From NCBI GenBank assembly GCA_036400935.1, contig DASWWW010000001.1, positions 46,096 to 110,095 of the forward strand: 64,000 bases of DNA, given 5' to 3'. Position 1 is the stretch's first letter. Every line of letters begins with the position of its first letter. Made by a program: the position numbers and the translations under genes. This stretch comes from Minisyncoccota bacterium (GTDB lineage Bacteria; Patescibacteriota; Minisyncoccia; Phycocordibacterales; UBA6065). Shown piece by piece: positions 1 through 9,337 of the stretch. The notes beneath the pieces were generated by a model. The model worked only from the letters and a program-made list of their open reading frames with translations, searched no databases and had not been told where the DNA came from.

Positions 1-423
1 ACTTGCCGAAGGTAATGACTTCTACCTGGCAGCCGTTCATTTTTAGGTACTCTACGAGCGGCACGAAGTCGCCGTCGCCCGATGCGAGGACTATGACGTC
101 GAGCTTGTCGGCGAGCTTTACCGCGTCGATAGCGAGGCCGACGTCCCAATCAGCCTTCTTTGATCCGGACGAGAAGATCTGAAGATCCTTCGTTTTGGTC
201 TCGATGCCGATCTTGCCGAGCGCTTCGAAGAAGCTTTTCTCCTCTCCCGTCTCGGTGGTGATTACGTACGCGATCGCGCGCACGAGCTGGCGGTCCGCCA
301 ATGCGTCCGCGAGCACGTTCTCGAAGTTAACCCTTCCGTGATGGAGGTTCTTCGCGCTGTGATAGAGGTTCTGCGCGTCGATGAATACCCCGACTCGCTG
401 ATTTGAATGTTTAATTACTGACA
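1..423 (-). CDS. NYN/LabA-like (DUF88) domain protein, partial (C-terminus beyond window start)
   Basis: Reverse-complement translation from ATG at 421-423: MSVIKHSNQRVGVFIDAQNLYHSAKN...AIDAVKLADKLDVIVLASGDGDFVPLVEYLKMNGCQVEVITFG. The D..D/GDGDF pattern is typical of NYN/LabA nucleases. Confidence 0.6.
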
Positions 424-540
424 TAAAAGTTGCTGTTTAAAATATAAAACTGACTTGTCCCATGCGCTGCTTTGATATGAAAATGTTTCCCCGCAAAGCG
501 AAACGCCTACTTTGTTCAAAAGTAAGGCGTTTCGGTTTGA

Positions 541-810
541 CTACTTCTTCTTGAGGTCGAGCTTCTTTGCGATCTCCGAGTATCGCTTCGGGTGCTTCTT
601 GGCGAGATACTTCATGTGAGTCTGTCGATCGGCTACCATCGCGAGGAGGCCTCGTCGAGAGTGCTTGTCCTTATCGTGCTTCTTGAGGTGCTTTGCAAGT
701 TCCTCGATTCGAGCTGTAAGGAGTCCGATCTGAACTTCCGGAGAACCGGTATCCGTTGCGTGGACGCCGGCGTTCTTAATTACTTTTGTTTTCTTAATCG
801 TTGAAAGCAT
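541..810 (-). CDS. rpsO: 30S ribosomal protein S15
   Basis: ORF 541..822; GSPEVQIGLLTARIEELAKHLKKHDKDKHSRRGLLAMV is the canonical S15 core; start taken at the second Met (MLSTIKK). Confidence 0.9.
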   Translation of the reverse strand: MLSTIKKTKVIKNAGVHATDTGSPEVQIGLLTARIEELAKHLKKHDKDKHSRRGLLAMVADRQTHMKYLAKKHPKRYSEIAKKLDLKKK

Positions 811-933
811 GGTGTGATACATCTTAGCACATATCGTCTAAAATTGCAAGCCCCTGGCCGTATCTCGGGGAATGGGGCCGCGATTGGTCAAATTTGCTAT
901 AATATTGTGCGACACAGGGCTTCAAAATACATC

Positions 934-1863
934 ATGGCATCACTCAAAGAGCTAAAACAGCAGTTTCTCGAGTACACCGAGATCGAAAAGGGCCGAAGCA
1001 TCAATACGGTCAAGAATTATGATCGTTATTTGTCCCGTTTTGTCAGTTTTCTCAAGAAAGACGATCCGGCGGCCATAACTGACGCGTCCGTACGCGAATT
1101 CCGCCTGTGGCTTAACCGCCAGTCTACGGGAAACAATGCCAAAACCGGCGAAACCCTTAAAAAGAAGACCCAGAACTACTATCTGATCGCGCTGCGTGCG
1201 TTTCTCAAGTATTTGGCTCGCCAAGGAGTTAAATCGCTCGCGCCGGAGCGTATCGAGCTTGCCAAGGTGGGCGAGAGGCATATCGAATTCATGACGGATC
1301 AGGAGCTGCATAGGCTTTTGGAGGCTCCGAATGGCAGCGATTTGAAGAGCTTGCGCGATAGGGCCTTGCTTGCGACCCTGTTTTCTACCGGTTTGCGCGT
1401 CTCCGAGCTGTGCTCGCTGCCTCGGGATATAGATTTGTCCGTAGACGAGATGTCTATTCGCGGAAAAGGCGACAAGGTGCGCGTGGTTTTCTGGTCGGAT
1501 ACTGCGAAAAAGGCTGTAAAGGAGTACTTGGATAAGCGCGACGACATGGATGACATGCTTTTCGTAAAGGTTTCACTGGAAAAGCGGAACGGCGGTGACT
1601 CTTTGCCGCTGACCACCCGTTCCGTCGAACGAATAGTGAAACACTATGCCACAAAGGCTGGAATCGTATCGAAAAGGGTTACTCCGCACGTTATTCGCCA
1701 CTCATTTGCTACCGATCTGCTGTCTAACGGCGCCGATTTGCGCTCTGTGCAGGCTCTGCTTGGCCACGCAAACATCGGAACGACGCAGATTTACACCCAT
1801 GTAACCGACAAACATCTGCGGAACATACATAAGCAGTTTCACAACAAGAAGGGCAAGGAGTAA
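934..1863 (+). CDS. site-specific tyrosine recombinase, XerC/XerD family
   Basis: N-terminal SAM-like core-binding motif (FLEYTEIEKGRSINTVKNYDRYLSRF); C-terminal catalytic HVIRHSFATDLL...LLGHANIGTTQIYTHV (R..H..R..Y). Start set at MASLKEL (934) to avoid overlap with rpsO. Confidence 0.8.
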   Translation: MASLKELKQQFLEYTEIEKGRSINTVKNYDRYLSRFVSFLKKDDPAAITDASVREFRLWLNRQSTGNNAKTGETLKKKTQNYYLIALRAFLKYLARQGVKSLAPERIELAKVGERHIEFMTDQELHRLLEAPNGSDLKSLRDRALLATLFSTGLRVSELCSLPRDIDLSVDEMSIRGKGDKVRVVFWSDTAKKAVKEYLDKRDDMDDMLFVKVSLEKRNGGDSLPLTTRSVERIVKHYATKAGIVSKRVTPHVIRHSFATDLLSNGADLRSVQALLGHANIGTTQIYTHVTDKHLRNIHKQFHNKKGKE

Positions 1864-1971
1864 TCTTTCGAGTGCACGCATATCCGCCTGCTGGCGGATT
1901 GCTCCGCTCGCGCCGTCGCGCTGCGCGAGGCATCTCAAGACTATTTCTTGCCCCTTTGTTATGATTGCGAC

Positions 1972-2772
1972 ATGAAAATCATCGCTTGGAACGTTAACGG
2001 CATTCGCGCCAATATCAAAAAAGGTGCATTTGATTGGCTCTTGCAGCAGAAGGCGGATATTTTCTGCCTTCAGGAAACAAAGGCCGAGCCTTCGCAGTTG
2101 CCGGCAGAAGTCGTTACGCCGTTTGGCTATAAATCGTATTTCGACCACTCAAAGGGCCGTAAAGGATATAGCGGCGTGGCTATATATGTAAAAATCACTC
2201 ACGTTCCTTTGATTTCGAAAGTCGAATACGGTTTCGGATTGCCTGAATTAGATCAGGAAGGCCGTCAGATAAGCTTGTTTTTCAATACAAAAGCCGAAAA
2301 ACCCAATTTCTGCCTCATAAATACTTATTTCCCTAATGGCGGCGGCGGTCCTGAGCGACTGGCTTACAAATTGCGATATTATGACGCTTTTTTGACATAT
2401 ATAGAGAAGATTCGGAAGCAGGGCTATGAAATCGTCTTTACTGGCGACGTTAATACTGCCCATACCGAGATCGATCTTGCCCGGCCAAAGGAGAACATTG
2501 AGAACACAGGCTTCCTTCCTATCGAGCGGGCCTGGATAGACAGAGTTCTGGCGGCAAAATATATCGACACCTATCGCGCGGCAAATCCGGGAAAGACAGG
2601 CGCGTATACCTACTGGGACATGAAAACTTTTGCGCGAGAAAGGAATGTCGGATGGCGCATAGATTACTTTTTTGTAAGTGAAAACCTCTCGAAAAAAATC
2701 AAAAAAGCAGAAATTTTTTCCGATGTGCTCGGATCCGACCATTGTCCGATCGGTCTAGATGTCTCTTTGTAG
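1972..2772 (+). CDS. xth: exodeoxyribonuclease III
   Basis: MKIIAWNVNGIRA...CLQETK...GDVNTAHTEIDL...WRIDYFF...GSDHCPIGLDV, the ExoIII/AP endonuclease family signature set; start at internal ATG 1972. Confidence 0.85.
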   Translation: MKIIAWNVNGIRANIKKGAFDWLLQQKADIFCLQETKAEPSQLPAEVVTPFGYKSYFDHSKGRKGYSGVAIYVKITHVPLISKVEYGFGLPELDQEGRQISLFFNTKAEKPNFCLINTYFPNGGGGPERLAYKLRYYDAFLTYIEKIRKQGYEIVFTGDVNTAHTEIDLARPKENIENTGFLPIERAWIDRVLAAKYIDTYRAANPGKTGAYTYWDMKTFARERNVGWRIDYFFVSENLSKKIKKAEIFSDVLGSDHCPIGLDVSL

Positions 2773-3261
2773 AGCCGTTTTTCAAATTGTCTTTTATAAA
2801 GGACAAAAGAAAAATAGTTATCCACAACTAATGTCCTTTACATGTCTTTTATGGTTGATATTATTATCCCAGACCAGAAAAGATTTCTTCTCTTAGAAAA
2901 ATCCGGATCTGGAAAATGGTTCCTTCAAATAGTCGGTAATCGTTTAAGGTTTGGTCAAAACGTCAGTTAAGTTGTTATGTGTTTCTTCGCGGTGCTCAAC
3001 AATGTGTGCTTGAATCTCGAGCATAGATTGTTGAGCCTCGGAAGTCTCTCGCGTAACACGCGAGTCCTTCTCGGACTCAATATTGTGAGTATGCGACTCC
3101 TTAGGCGAACGTAGAGTTCACGCCTTCAATAAGGCACTAAATCATAGAATTTCGGCCCTCTATATGTTGGCCCTTTCTCCACGTTCACCCCAAGTAGTCC
3201 GTATTTACGAGCCGCTCGTGCATTTAGCCGGGCGGTTATTTGTACCCAAAAATCCGACGAA

Positions 3262-3290
3262 TTCAACAAAAACGGCTCAATAAGGCCGTT
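3262..3290 (-). terminator. rho-independent terminator downstream of cca (minus sense acggccttattgagccgttttt)
   Basis: GC stem plus T-run immediately 3' of the cca stop, read on the minus strand. Confidence 0.4.
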
Positions 3291-3299
3291 TTATCTTGC

Positions 3300-4796
3300 C
3301 TACTTTACGCCGTGCTTTCCGCGTATCTTTGCTATCTCGTCCTCCTCCGCCTTCATTTTCTTGTCCTTCCCTACTGCCGCGCGCTTTTTGAGGTCCTCGT
3401 CTGGCAGTTTCATAAGCTCCAAAGTCTGTCCTTCTAGATATTCGGCCGTGTTGAGTTTTGGATTTTCCAATACTTCTTCAAGAAGAGCATTCAGAATAAG
3501 ACCGATCTTTGGATTTGGAGGCATTTTGCTCACTTCCATGATTTTCTTGCCGTCTATTTTGAGCATTCCTACGGAGATCGGGTCGCGGAGGGCTTCTTCA
3601 ATCATGGCTTTGTATTTGCGTAGTCGATATGGATTCTCCTTTGGTCGGCCGGTGCCGATACGATCGCAGATGCGGACGTTCATAAGATTCCAGATGTGCT
3701 CCTTCCCTACGTTGGCGACCATACGACGTACGGCCGAGAGCGTTATTTGTTCCGTGTCCGAGAAAAACATGTGCCAACGAACGAGTTTCACGACGTTTTC
3801 GACAGTTTTTGTTGGGAAATTGAGGTTTCTTAGGATCTTTTCGGTCATTCGGGCGCCAACCACCTCGTGTCCGTAGAACGTGAACTGATTGGTTTCACGT
3901 GAAAAGCGTCGTGTCGCGGGCTTGCCGATGTCATGAAACAGCGCAGCGAGACGGATTTCGAGGGGATATTTCTTGTCTGCCGAATGCTGAAGCGTTCGCA
4001 GCAAATGCTCCCAAACATCGTATGAATGGGCCTGGTTCTGCTCTACGCCGTAGCTTTCCTCCAATTCCCTTGCAATGAACGGGACAATTCCCAATTCACG
4101 GCACATCATAAGGGCATTCATGGGCGTATCGGACATGAGAATGCGTACAAATTCGTCTCGGACACGCTCCTTGGCTATATGGGCCAAAAGCGGCGCATGG
4201 GTTTTGAGGGCCTCCAGAGTACCCTTTTCTATCGCAAAGCCCAGTTCGGCCGCAATACGGATGGCACGCATAATGCGCAAGGCGTCCTCGGAGAGGCGCT
4301 CGTGAGCGTCTCCAACCGTTCGTATAAGGCCGTCTTTGATGTCTGTTTGCCCGTTAAACAGGTCGATCATGTTTCCTGTGAAACTTCCCTCTCGTTCATC
4401 CTCAAGCTTCAATGCCAGGGCGTTTATCGTGAAATCGCGCCGCTTGAGATCGTCCTCAATGTTCTTGCTAAAGGACACAGCATCTGGACGTCGCTTGTCT
4501 GTATATGCTGATTCGAGTCGGAATGGGGTTACTTCGACCGTCTTGAGCCTTTCATCAGTAGCGAGATCGTTTACCACGCCGACCGTGCCGTATGAGTTTT
4601 CGTAGAACGTGTGCGGAAACACGGCAATGATCTGTTCGGGAGTCGCATCGGTCGTAACATCCCAGTCCTTTGGCTCCCTGCCGATTATGAGATCTCGGAC
4701 GCAGCCGCCTACCAGATATGCTTTAAAACCCTTATTTTCGAGGGTTTTCGTTACTTGTGAAACTTCAACGGGAACGATAAATGAAGCTTTTGCCAT
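3300..4796 (-). CDS. cca: CCA-adding tRNA nucleotidyltransferase / poly(A) polymerase family with HD domain and C-terminal extension
   Basis: GGCVRDLIIGREPKDWDVTT (PolyA_pol head), HD motif AALFHDIGKP, long Lys/Glu-rich C-terminal tail. Confidence 0.8.
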   Translation of the reverse strand: MAKASFIVPVEVSQVTKTLENKGFKAYLVGGCVRDLIIGREPKDWDVTTDATPEQIIAVFPHTFYENSYGTVGVVNDLATDERLKTVEVTPFRLESAYTDKRRPDAVSFSKNIEDDLKRRDFTINALALKLEDEREGSFTGNMIDLFNGQTDIKDGLIRTVGDAHERLSEDALRIMRAIRIAAELGFAIEKGTLEALKTHAPLLAHIAKERVRDEFVRILMSDTPMNALMMCRELGIVPFIARELEESYGVEQNQAHSYDVWEHLLRTLQHSADKKYPLEIRLAALFHDIGKPATRRFSRETNQFTFYGHEVVGARMTEKILRNLNFPTKTVENVVKLVRWHMFFSDTEQITLSAVRRMVANVGKEHIWNLMNVRICDRIGTGRPKENPYRLRKYKAMIEEALRDPISVGMLKIDGKKIMEVSKMPPNPKIGLILNALLEEVLENPKLNTAEYLEGQTLELMKLPDEDLKKRAAVGKDKKMKAEEDEIAKIRGKHGVK

Positions 4797-4833
4797 ATTT
4801 TAGTGGGACTAAACCCTATTTTAGACCGACAAG

Positions 4834-4908
4834 TGGTGCTCCCGGAGGGATTCGAACCCCCAACAACGGTTCCGAAGACCGGTATGATATCCATTTCACT
4901 ACGGGAGC
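4834..4908 (-). tRNA. tRNA-Arg (anticodon TCG), CCA encoded
   Basis: Hand-folded from revcomp: acceptor GCTCCCG/CGGGAGC, D stem GTGA/TCAT, anticodon arm CCGGT-CTTCGGA-ACCGT, T loop TTCGAAT, discriminator A, CCA. Confidence 0.7.
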
Positions 4909-4998
4909 GCTGACTTATCATACGCGAAACTCAATATAAATCAAAAGATTTCAAAAAAACTTTGAGTTTATATCGGTTTAGTGTATATTAATTCCACT

Positions 4999-5069
4999 GC
5001 GGGTATCGTTTAGTGGTAGGACACGTCCTTGCCAAGGATGAGGTGAGAGTTCGATTCTCTCTACCCGCA
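4999..5069 (+). tRNA. tRNA-Gly (anticodon GCC)
   Basis: Acceptor GCGGGTA/TACCCGC, anticodon loop TTGCCAA, T loop TTCGATT. Confidence 0.8.
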
Positions 5070-5079
5070 CAGGTAAACA

Positions 5080-5112
5080 AAAGCGCCCTTCTCTCGGGCG
5101 CTTTTGTTTTGT
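5080..5112 (+). terminator. rho-independent terminator after tRNA-Gly(GCC)
   Basis: aaaagcgcccttctctcgggcgcttttgtttt hairpin plus T-run. Confidence 0.5.
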
Positions 5113-5445
5113 CTAAAGGTATTGTGACGGACCAATTGTCTTAGACATTACAATTCTTTTTTATCAAATATTCCTTTAGACCTTGAGATAAATTTTTTAT
5201 AAAACGGCGTCAGATAAGGATTTTTGTACAAACTGTGGATAACTCTGGGGATAGTGTTTAAAAGACAGGTCTTTTTAAGGGCGGGTTTTCATGTCTTTTG
5301 TCCTTATAACCGCTTAACTGAGCCATTCTTCTGAAACCACGGTTCACTAACACAGAAATCCACAGTTTTGTTACATATGTAACATAATAATTGGTTTCAT
5401 GTGAAATTGATCTGTTATTTATGATTGCTTTATCTATGTTTTGCC

Positions 5446-5835
5446 ATGATTATGGCTATGAAAAGATTTACCTCAGCAAAACAAAAGATTGGTGAAAGGG
5501 GCGAGGCAATGGTTTGTATGCATCTTGAAAAACAGGATTACACGATCATTGAGCGCAATTTCACAAGAAAATGCGGAGAAATAGACATAATTGCTGGCAA
5601 GAATGGAATTACACACTTTATTGAGGTGAAGAGCGTTACACGTGAAAGCCAGTTCGGCCGACCGGAAGATAATATGCATAGTTTCAAGCAAAGGAAGTTC
5701 GCTCGAACGGTTAGGATGTATCTGGCATATAGGAAAGTAGGGCAATGGCAGTGCGATCTGGCTTGTGTCCTTTTGAATGACAAGGAGCGTAAGGCGGAAA
5801 TACGCATGATTCTGGATATAATCCTCGAAAATTAG
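5446..5835 (+). CDS. YraN family (UPF0102) endonuclease-like protein
   Basis: GERGEAMVCMHLEKQDYTIIERNF...GEIDIIAGKNGITHFIEVKS matches the UPF0102 restriction-endonuclease-like fold pattern; start uncertain (5446 or 5458). Confidence 0.6.
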   Translation: MIMAMKRFTSAKQKIGERGEAMVCMHLEKQDYTIIERNFTRKCGEIDIIAGKNGITHFIEVKSVTRESQFGRPEDNMHSFKQRKFARTVRMYLAYRKVGQWQCDLACVLLNDKERKAEIRMILDIILEN

Positions 5836-5880
5836 ATTTTTACCGACATTGTGCTAGTATGTGAAAGCTCACAAGAGTTT

Positions 5881-5953
5881 CGGGGCGTGGTGTAACGGCT
5901 AACATGCTTCACTTGGGATGAAGTGACTCCGGGTTCGAATCCCGGCGCCCCGA
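5881..5953 (+). tRNA. tRNA-Pro (anticodon TGG)
   Basis: C1:G72 acceptor (CGGGGCG/CGCCCCG), anticodon loop CTTGGGA, T loop TTCGAAT. Confidence 0.8.
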
Positions 5954-5956
5954 CAA

Positions 5957-5990
5957 AATGAAAAACCGCACATGTGCGGTTTTTCATTTT
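5957..5990 (+). terminator. rho-independent terminator after tRNA-Pro
   Basis: aaaaaccgcacatgtgcggttttt perfect hairpin. Confidence 0.5.
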
Positions 5991-6148
5991 GTCGGGGCGA
6001 GCGCGTCCAGAGGACGTGCGACCGGGATTCGAAAAGGTTTTCCCATATTTTCGAGCTTTCCAAGCGAGAAAATGGGAAACCTGTACTGGTCCTGTAAGGA
6101 CCGAATCCCGGCCCTGTCTTTTTTCTTTGTTTTGCATAGACTGTATCT

Positions 6149-6472
6149 ATGGACTCCAAAAAATTCACCCGCACTATAGAGGATTTCACGTGCGGCAACT
6201 GCGGCCTTGAGGTGAAGGGCAACGGCTATACCAATCATTGTCCTAAATGCCTCTGGTCAAAGCATGTCGACAAGAATCCCGGGGACAGACTCGAGGAATG
6301 CGGCGGATTGATGAAGCCGATCGCGATCGCCAAGGAGGGAAAAGATTTCGTGATCACTCACAGGTGCCTTCGGTGTGGTTTCGAGCGCCGCAAGAAGGTG
6401 GAGGAGGGCGATGACTTTGATGCGGTTATCAAAATATCGTCAAGCGCGGACGACAGCGCAACAAAAAAGTAG
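6149..6472 (+). CDS. RNHCP domain-containing protein (Cys-cluster zinc-ribbon)
   Basis: FTCGNCG...GYTNHCPKCLWSKHVD...HRCLRCG: the RNHCP motif with paired CxxC ligands. Confidence 0.7.
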   Translation: MDSKKFTRTIEDFTCGNCGLEVKGNGYTNHCPKCLWSKHVDKNPGDRLEECGGLMKPIAIAKEGKDFVITHRCLRCGFERRKKVEEGDDFDAVIKISSSADDSATKK

Positions 6473-6852
6473 AATTGACGGGATTTGCTACTGTGTCGAA
6501 ATTTGTTGGGGGTCTGAAAGAAAATTACCTGCCAATACGCTCCAATAGCCAATATTTCGATCGAGAAAAGTAAACGCGTCGAAAGTCGATTTGTGTCAAA
6601 TTTCTGAGAGTATTTTGACAGTACAAAACGGCTGTATCGCTTCGGTGGCGCGCTGGTGTTCGGGTGTATGCTAAATATACGAAAGAGGGCGAAAGCTTTC
6701 TTTCGGAAAAGATCTTTTACCAAAGATAATAAAAATACACCTATGAAATTCTCAGATCAGCCAAAGCCAGACCAGAAGCCTCGACCAGACCAGAAGCCGC
6801 CACAGCAGTAAACTAATTTATGAAAAACGGCGTCGCGATTGCTCGCGACGCC

Positions 6853-6972
6853 GTTTTTTGCTACTATCGCTTAGCACTAGTAGGGAACAGGCGGCACATA
6901 TGCGGGCGTGGTTTAATGGTAGAACGATTGCCTTCCAAGCAGTACGTCCGGGTTCGATTCCCGGCGCCCGCA
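6853..6972 (+). repeat. copy 1 of a ~120 bp direct repeat (promoter-region sequence plus tRNA-Gly TCC)
   Basis: gttttttgctactatcgcttagcactagtagggaacaggcggcacatatgcgggcg...cccgcac is identical to 11064-11183. Confidence 0.9.
6902..6972 (+). tRNA. tRNA-Gly (anticodon TCC), copy 1, no CCA encoded
   Basis: Acceptor GCGGGCG/CGCCCGC, anticodon arm ATTGC-CTTCCAA-GCAGT, T loop TTCGATT. Confidence 0.8.
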
Positions 6973-7081
6973 CAAACTCAAAAACTCCTATTTTATATGG
7001 CTTTCCAGAGCCGAGGAATTTTTGGTTAGAACCTCATAATAAAAAGAAGTTCCTTGTGAGAAACTTCTTATTGAATGGAGT

Positions 7082-7297
7082 CTAGTCATCCATAAACGGC
7101 CAAATATAATTATTGTTTCCTGCTGCGCCGCCAACCGCCCTTTCCGAGCGTCTGTGGGCTTCAGCACACGGCAGACCGGTTTCATCCATGATTCGTGCCG
7201 TTTCTTCTTGTCTTCTGGTTTCATAAGCCGACATCTGATGTTTGATTAGTTCATCATGACGATCAGCTAAACTTTTTAGTTTTTTCTTTTTTGACAT
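7082..7297 (-). CDS. hypothetical small basic protein (71 aa)
   Basis: ORF only; lies in a locally AT-rich segment immediately 3' of tRNA-Gly copy 1. Confidence 0.3.
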   Translation of the reverse strand: MSKKKKLKSLADRHDELIKHQMSAYETRRQEETARIMDETGLPCAEAHRRSERAVGGAAGNNNYIWPFMDD

Positions 7298-7436
7298 TGT
7301 TAACCTTTCCTAAAGTAATCTACAAAACCTTTTCTTGAACTTTAAGTAAAAAAAGTGAAATTCAAAATAGTGGCTAATACAATAGTTATTTTGTAAAAAA
7401 GTTGACAAAAATATTGTCATAAACAATATTGATAGT

Positions 7437-8225
7437 ATGAAATTACAAAAAGCAGAATTATCTTTTTTAAATCTTTCGAGCTTAGAGGCAAAAATACTGC
7501 AGACTATGTCTCCTGATGTTTCATTTACCGTAAGTGAGCTGTCGAGAGAAATTAAATTTCCAAGGACTTCCGTAGGTTTCACTTTAAATAGGTTAAAGTA
7601 TCGTGGCTTTGTAAAAAAAATTGGGGTTAAGAAACATACGGAATGGCGAGTCATTGCGATTGATTCCTTAGCCTCGAGGCTCCAATCTATTTCTCACCGG
7701 TTAAGTATCGATGAAGATAACAATAGAAGAAACAATTTATTTGTAAAAATCGGCTACGGTCAAGAGGGTTTCAAGAGGGCATATGAAAAGATGCTTCAAA
7801 TCCAATGTGACCGAGTTTACTTTATACAAGGCAATAAAGCGGCAGAAGCTGGTCTAAAAAAGATCAATTTTAGCTACTATGCTGATTTTCATAAAAAATT
7901 ACGGAAAAAAGACATCGTAATGGAGGCAATAGCAGGAGAAAGTATCTTGAAACGTCTAGAAAATCTGAGTAAAGAAGAGATAAGGGCACACAAAGATCGC
8001 CTAATCATTACTTACTTAATACCCGATCAATATATAGATTTCGATGTAGATATAATCATGTTAAATAAGCATCTGATTATTGTAGATCCCGTGAATGAAA
8101 TCTCACTTACAATAAATGAAGCTTCCATTTCGAAAGCTTTCCAGATAATATTTATTGGCCTTGCATCATTGGGAAGAAAATTCGATTTAAATGCTTTTAT
8201 AAGAGGTTCCAATTTCATTCACTAA
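7437..8225 (+). CDS. TrmB-like winged-helix transcriptional regulator (AT-rich, atypical codon usage)
   Basis: N-terminal HTH (LSSLEAKILQTMSPDVSFTVSELSREIKFPRTSVGFTLNRLKYRGFV); the C-terminal domain resembles that of the 18975..19736 protein (AISKAFQIIF vs IADSMRTWFQIIW). Confidence 0.5.
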   Translation: MKLQKAELSFLNLSSLEAKILQTMSPDVSFTVSELSREIKFPRTSVGFTLNRLKYRGFVKKIGVKKHTEWRVIAIDSLASRLQSISHRLSIDEDNNRRNNLFVKIGYGQEGFKRAYEKMLQIQCDRVYFIQGNKAAEAGLKKINFSYYADFHKKLRKKDIVMEAIAGESILKRLENLSKEEIRAHKDRLIITYLIPDQYIDFDVDIIMLNKHLIIVDPVNEISLTINEASISKAFQIIFIGLASLGRKFDLNAFIRGSNFIH

Positions 8226-8242
8226 TCTGCACCAACAAATGA

Positions 8243-8266
8243 AAAATCCCCGGAAGGGGATTTTTC
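8243..8266. terminator. hairpin aaaaatccccggaaggggattttt (also present at 11193-11218)
   Basis: Perfect GC-rich stem flanked by A/T runs; bidirectional terminator shape. Confidence 0.5.
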
Positions 8267-8275
8267 GTTGCGATC

Positions 8276-9058
8276 TTATTTTTTATTGCCACCAATCGTG
8301 CCCCATAGATTCTTGAAAAGCTCGCGCATGTTCTCGGCATAGACAGCGTCATGTATCTCAACCAAATAGTAGGGGTGCTGCTTTGTCATCATGAATACAA
8401 CGTATTCTCCTAGGGCCCATGTTGTTGCGGTGAATTTAAAATCCTCCTTCCAGAATTTGATTTGGCGGCGTTCCAGGTTTCTCGCTTGCATGTTTCGTTC
8501 GACGCTCGAATCATTTGAGATTATCTTTACGTCGAACTGCTGAGGGGCTCTTTTCCAATACCACTCGATCCACTCGAGATGCTCCTTCTTTTCAACCATC
8601 GTATGGTCTTGGAATCCCCACCACGTGAGATCTTTTGTTGCAGCCATGCTCGATTCCCAGATCGGCGTCTGGCTATAAAGAAAATCAGTCATGTTGTGCT
8701 CCTCGATGAATCGCATCTTGGGTACCGAATAGGATTTCGATTTAGGCACGCTCTCAAGCTTCGTCACGAGCTCTTGGGCTATTTTCCTTTTTTCCGAAAG
8801 CGCTCTTTCCTCGACTTGGAGCGCTTTCTCAAGATGCTCGAGGGGTAGGGCGACAAAATAGCCGTTTGGGCCATGTATGTCTTCAGCCATAACGCCCCTT
8901 TTGATGAGCTCTTTGCCGACGGAATACACGGTAGGTCTCTTGATATTGGTCAGGGAGGCGATTGCGGCGGGCGCTATTTTGCCATTTTCTAGTACGGTCA
9001 GATATACCTGAATCTCCTTATCGGTAAAGCCAAGTTTTTTGAGTAATTCATCGATCAT
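8276..9058 (-). CDS. TrmB family transcriptional regulator
   Basis: N-terminal TrmB HTH (FTDKEIQVYLTVLENGKIAPAAIASLTNIKRPTVYSVGKELIKRGV); C-terminal domain paralogous to the 13961..14758 protein (WWGFQDH conserved). Confidence 0.65.
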   Translation of the reverse strand: MIDELLKKLGFTDKEIQVYLTVLENGKIAPAAIASLTNIKRPTVYSVGKELIKRGVMAEDIHGPNGYFVALPLEHLEKALQVEERALSEKRKIAQELVTKLESVPKSKSYSVPKMRFIEEHNMTDFLYSQTPIWESSMAATKDLTWWGFQDHTMVEKKEHLEWIEWYWKRAPQQFDVKIISNDSSVERNMQARNLERRQIKFWKEDFKFTATTWALGEYVVFMMTKQHPYYLVEIHDAVYAENMRELFKNLWGTIGGNKK

Positions 9059-9337
9059 GGCTCTAGTATAACCAATCTCTAATTGTTGTCAATGTTAAAT
9101 CAACAGATAAATACCTTTATCTTATATAGATTATATCGATTTATCTAAATAAATCGTTGATTTTAAATTGACAATTAATAAAAACTGTGCAATACTTATA
9201 TAAGAAAGTAAAGTTCATTACATTGCGTTGGTTATGGAAACGGGCCCTATCTAGATATCGGCCCGACTCCGTAACCAATGCGACTGATAAGCTCCCTTCT
9301 TGGGATGACACGGTTGCTGAGGTGAGGAACATACGCC

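Noticed and set aside
934-1863. Tyrosine recombinase considered as the integrase of a mobile element or of the cassette array
   Set aside because: It has the XerC/XerD chromosome-dimer-resolution architecture and a housekeeping neighbourhood (rpsO, xth), with no flanking repeats. It lies 47 kb from the cassette array.
5832-6238. Five overlapping ORFs of 73-107 aa on both strands around tRNA-Pro
   Set aside because: They overlap the tRNA gene and terminator and each other. I reinterpreted the region as a structured non-coding region.
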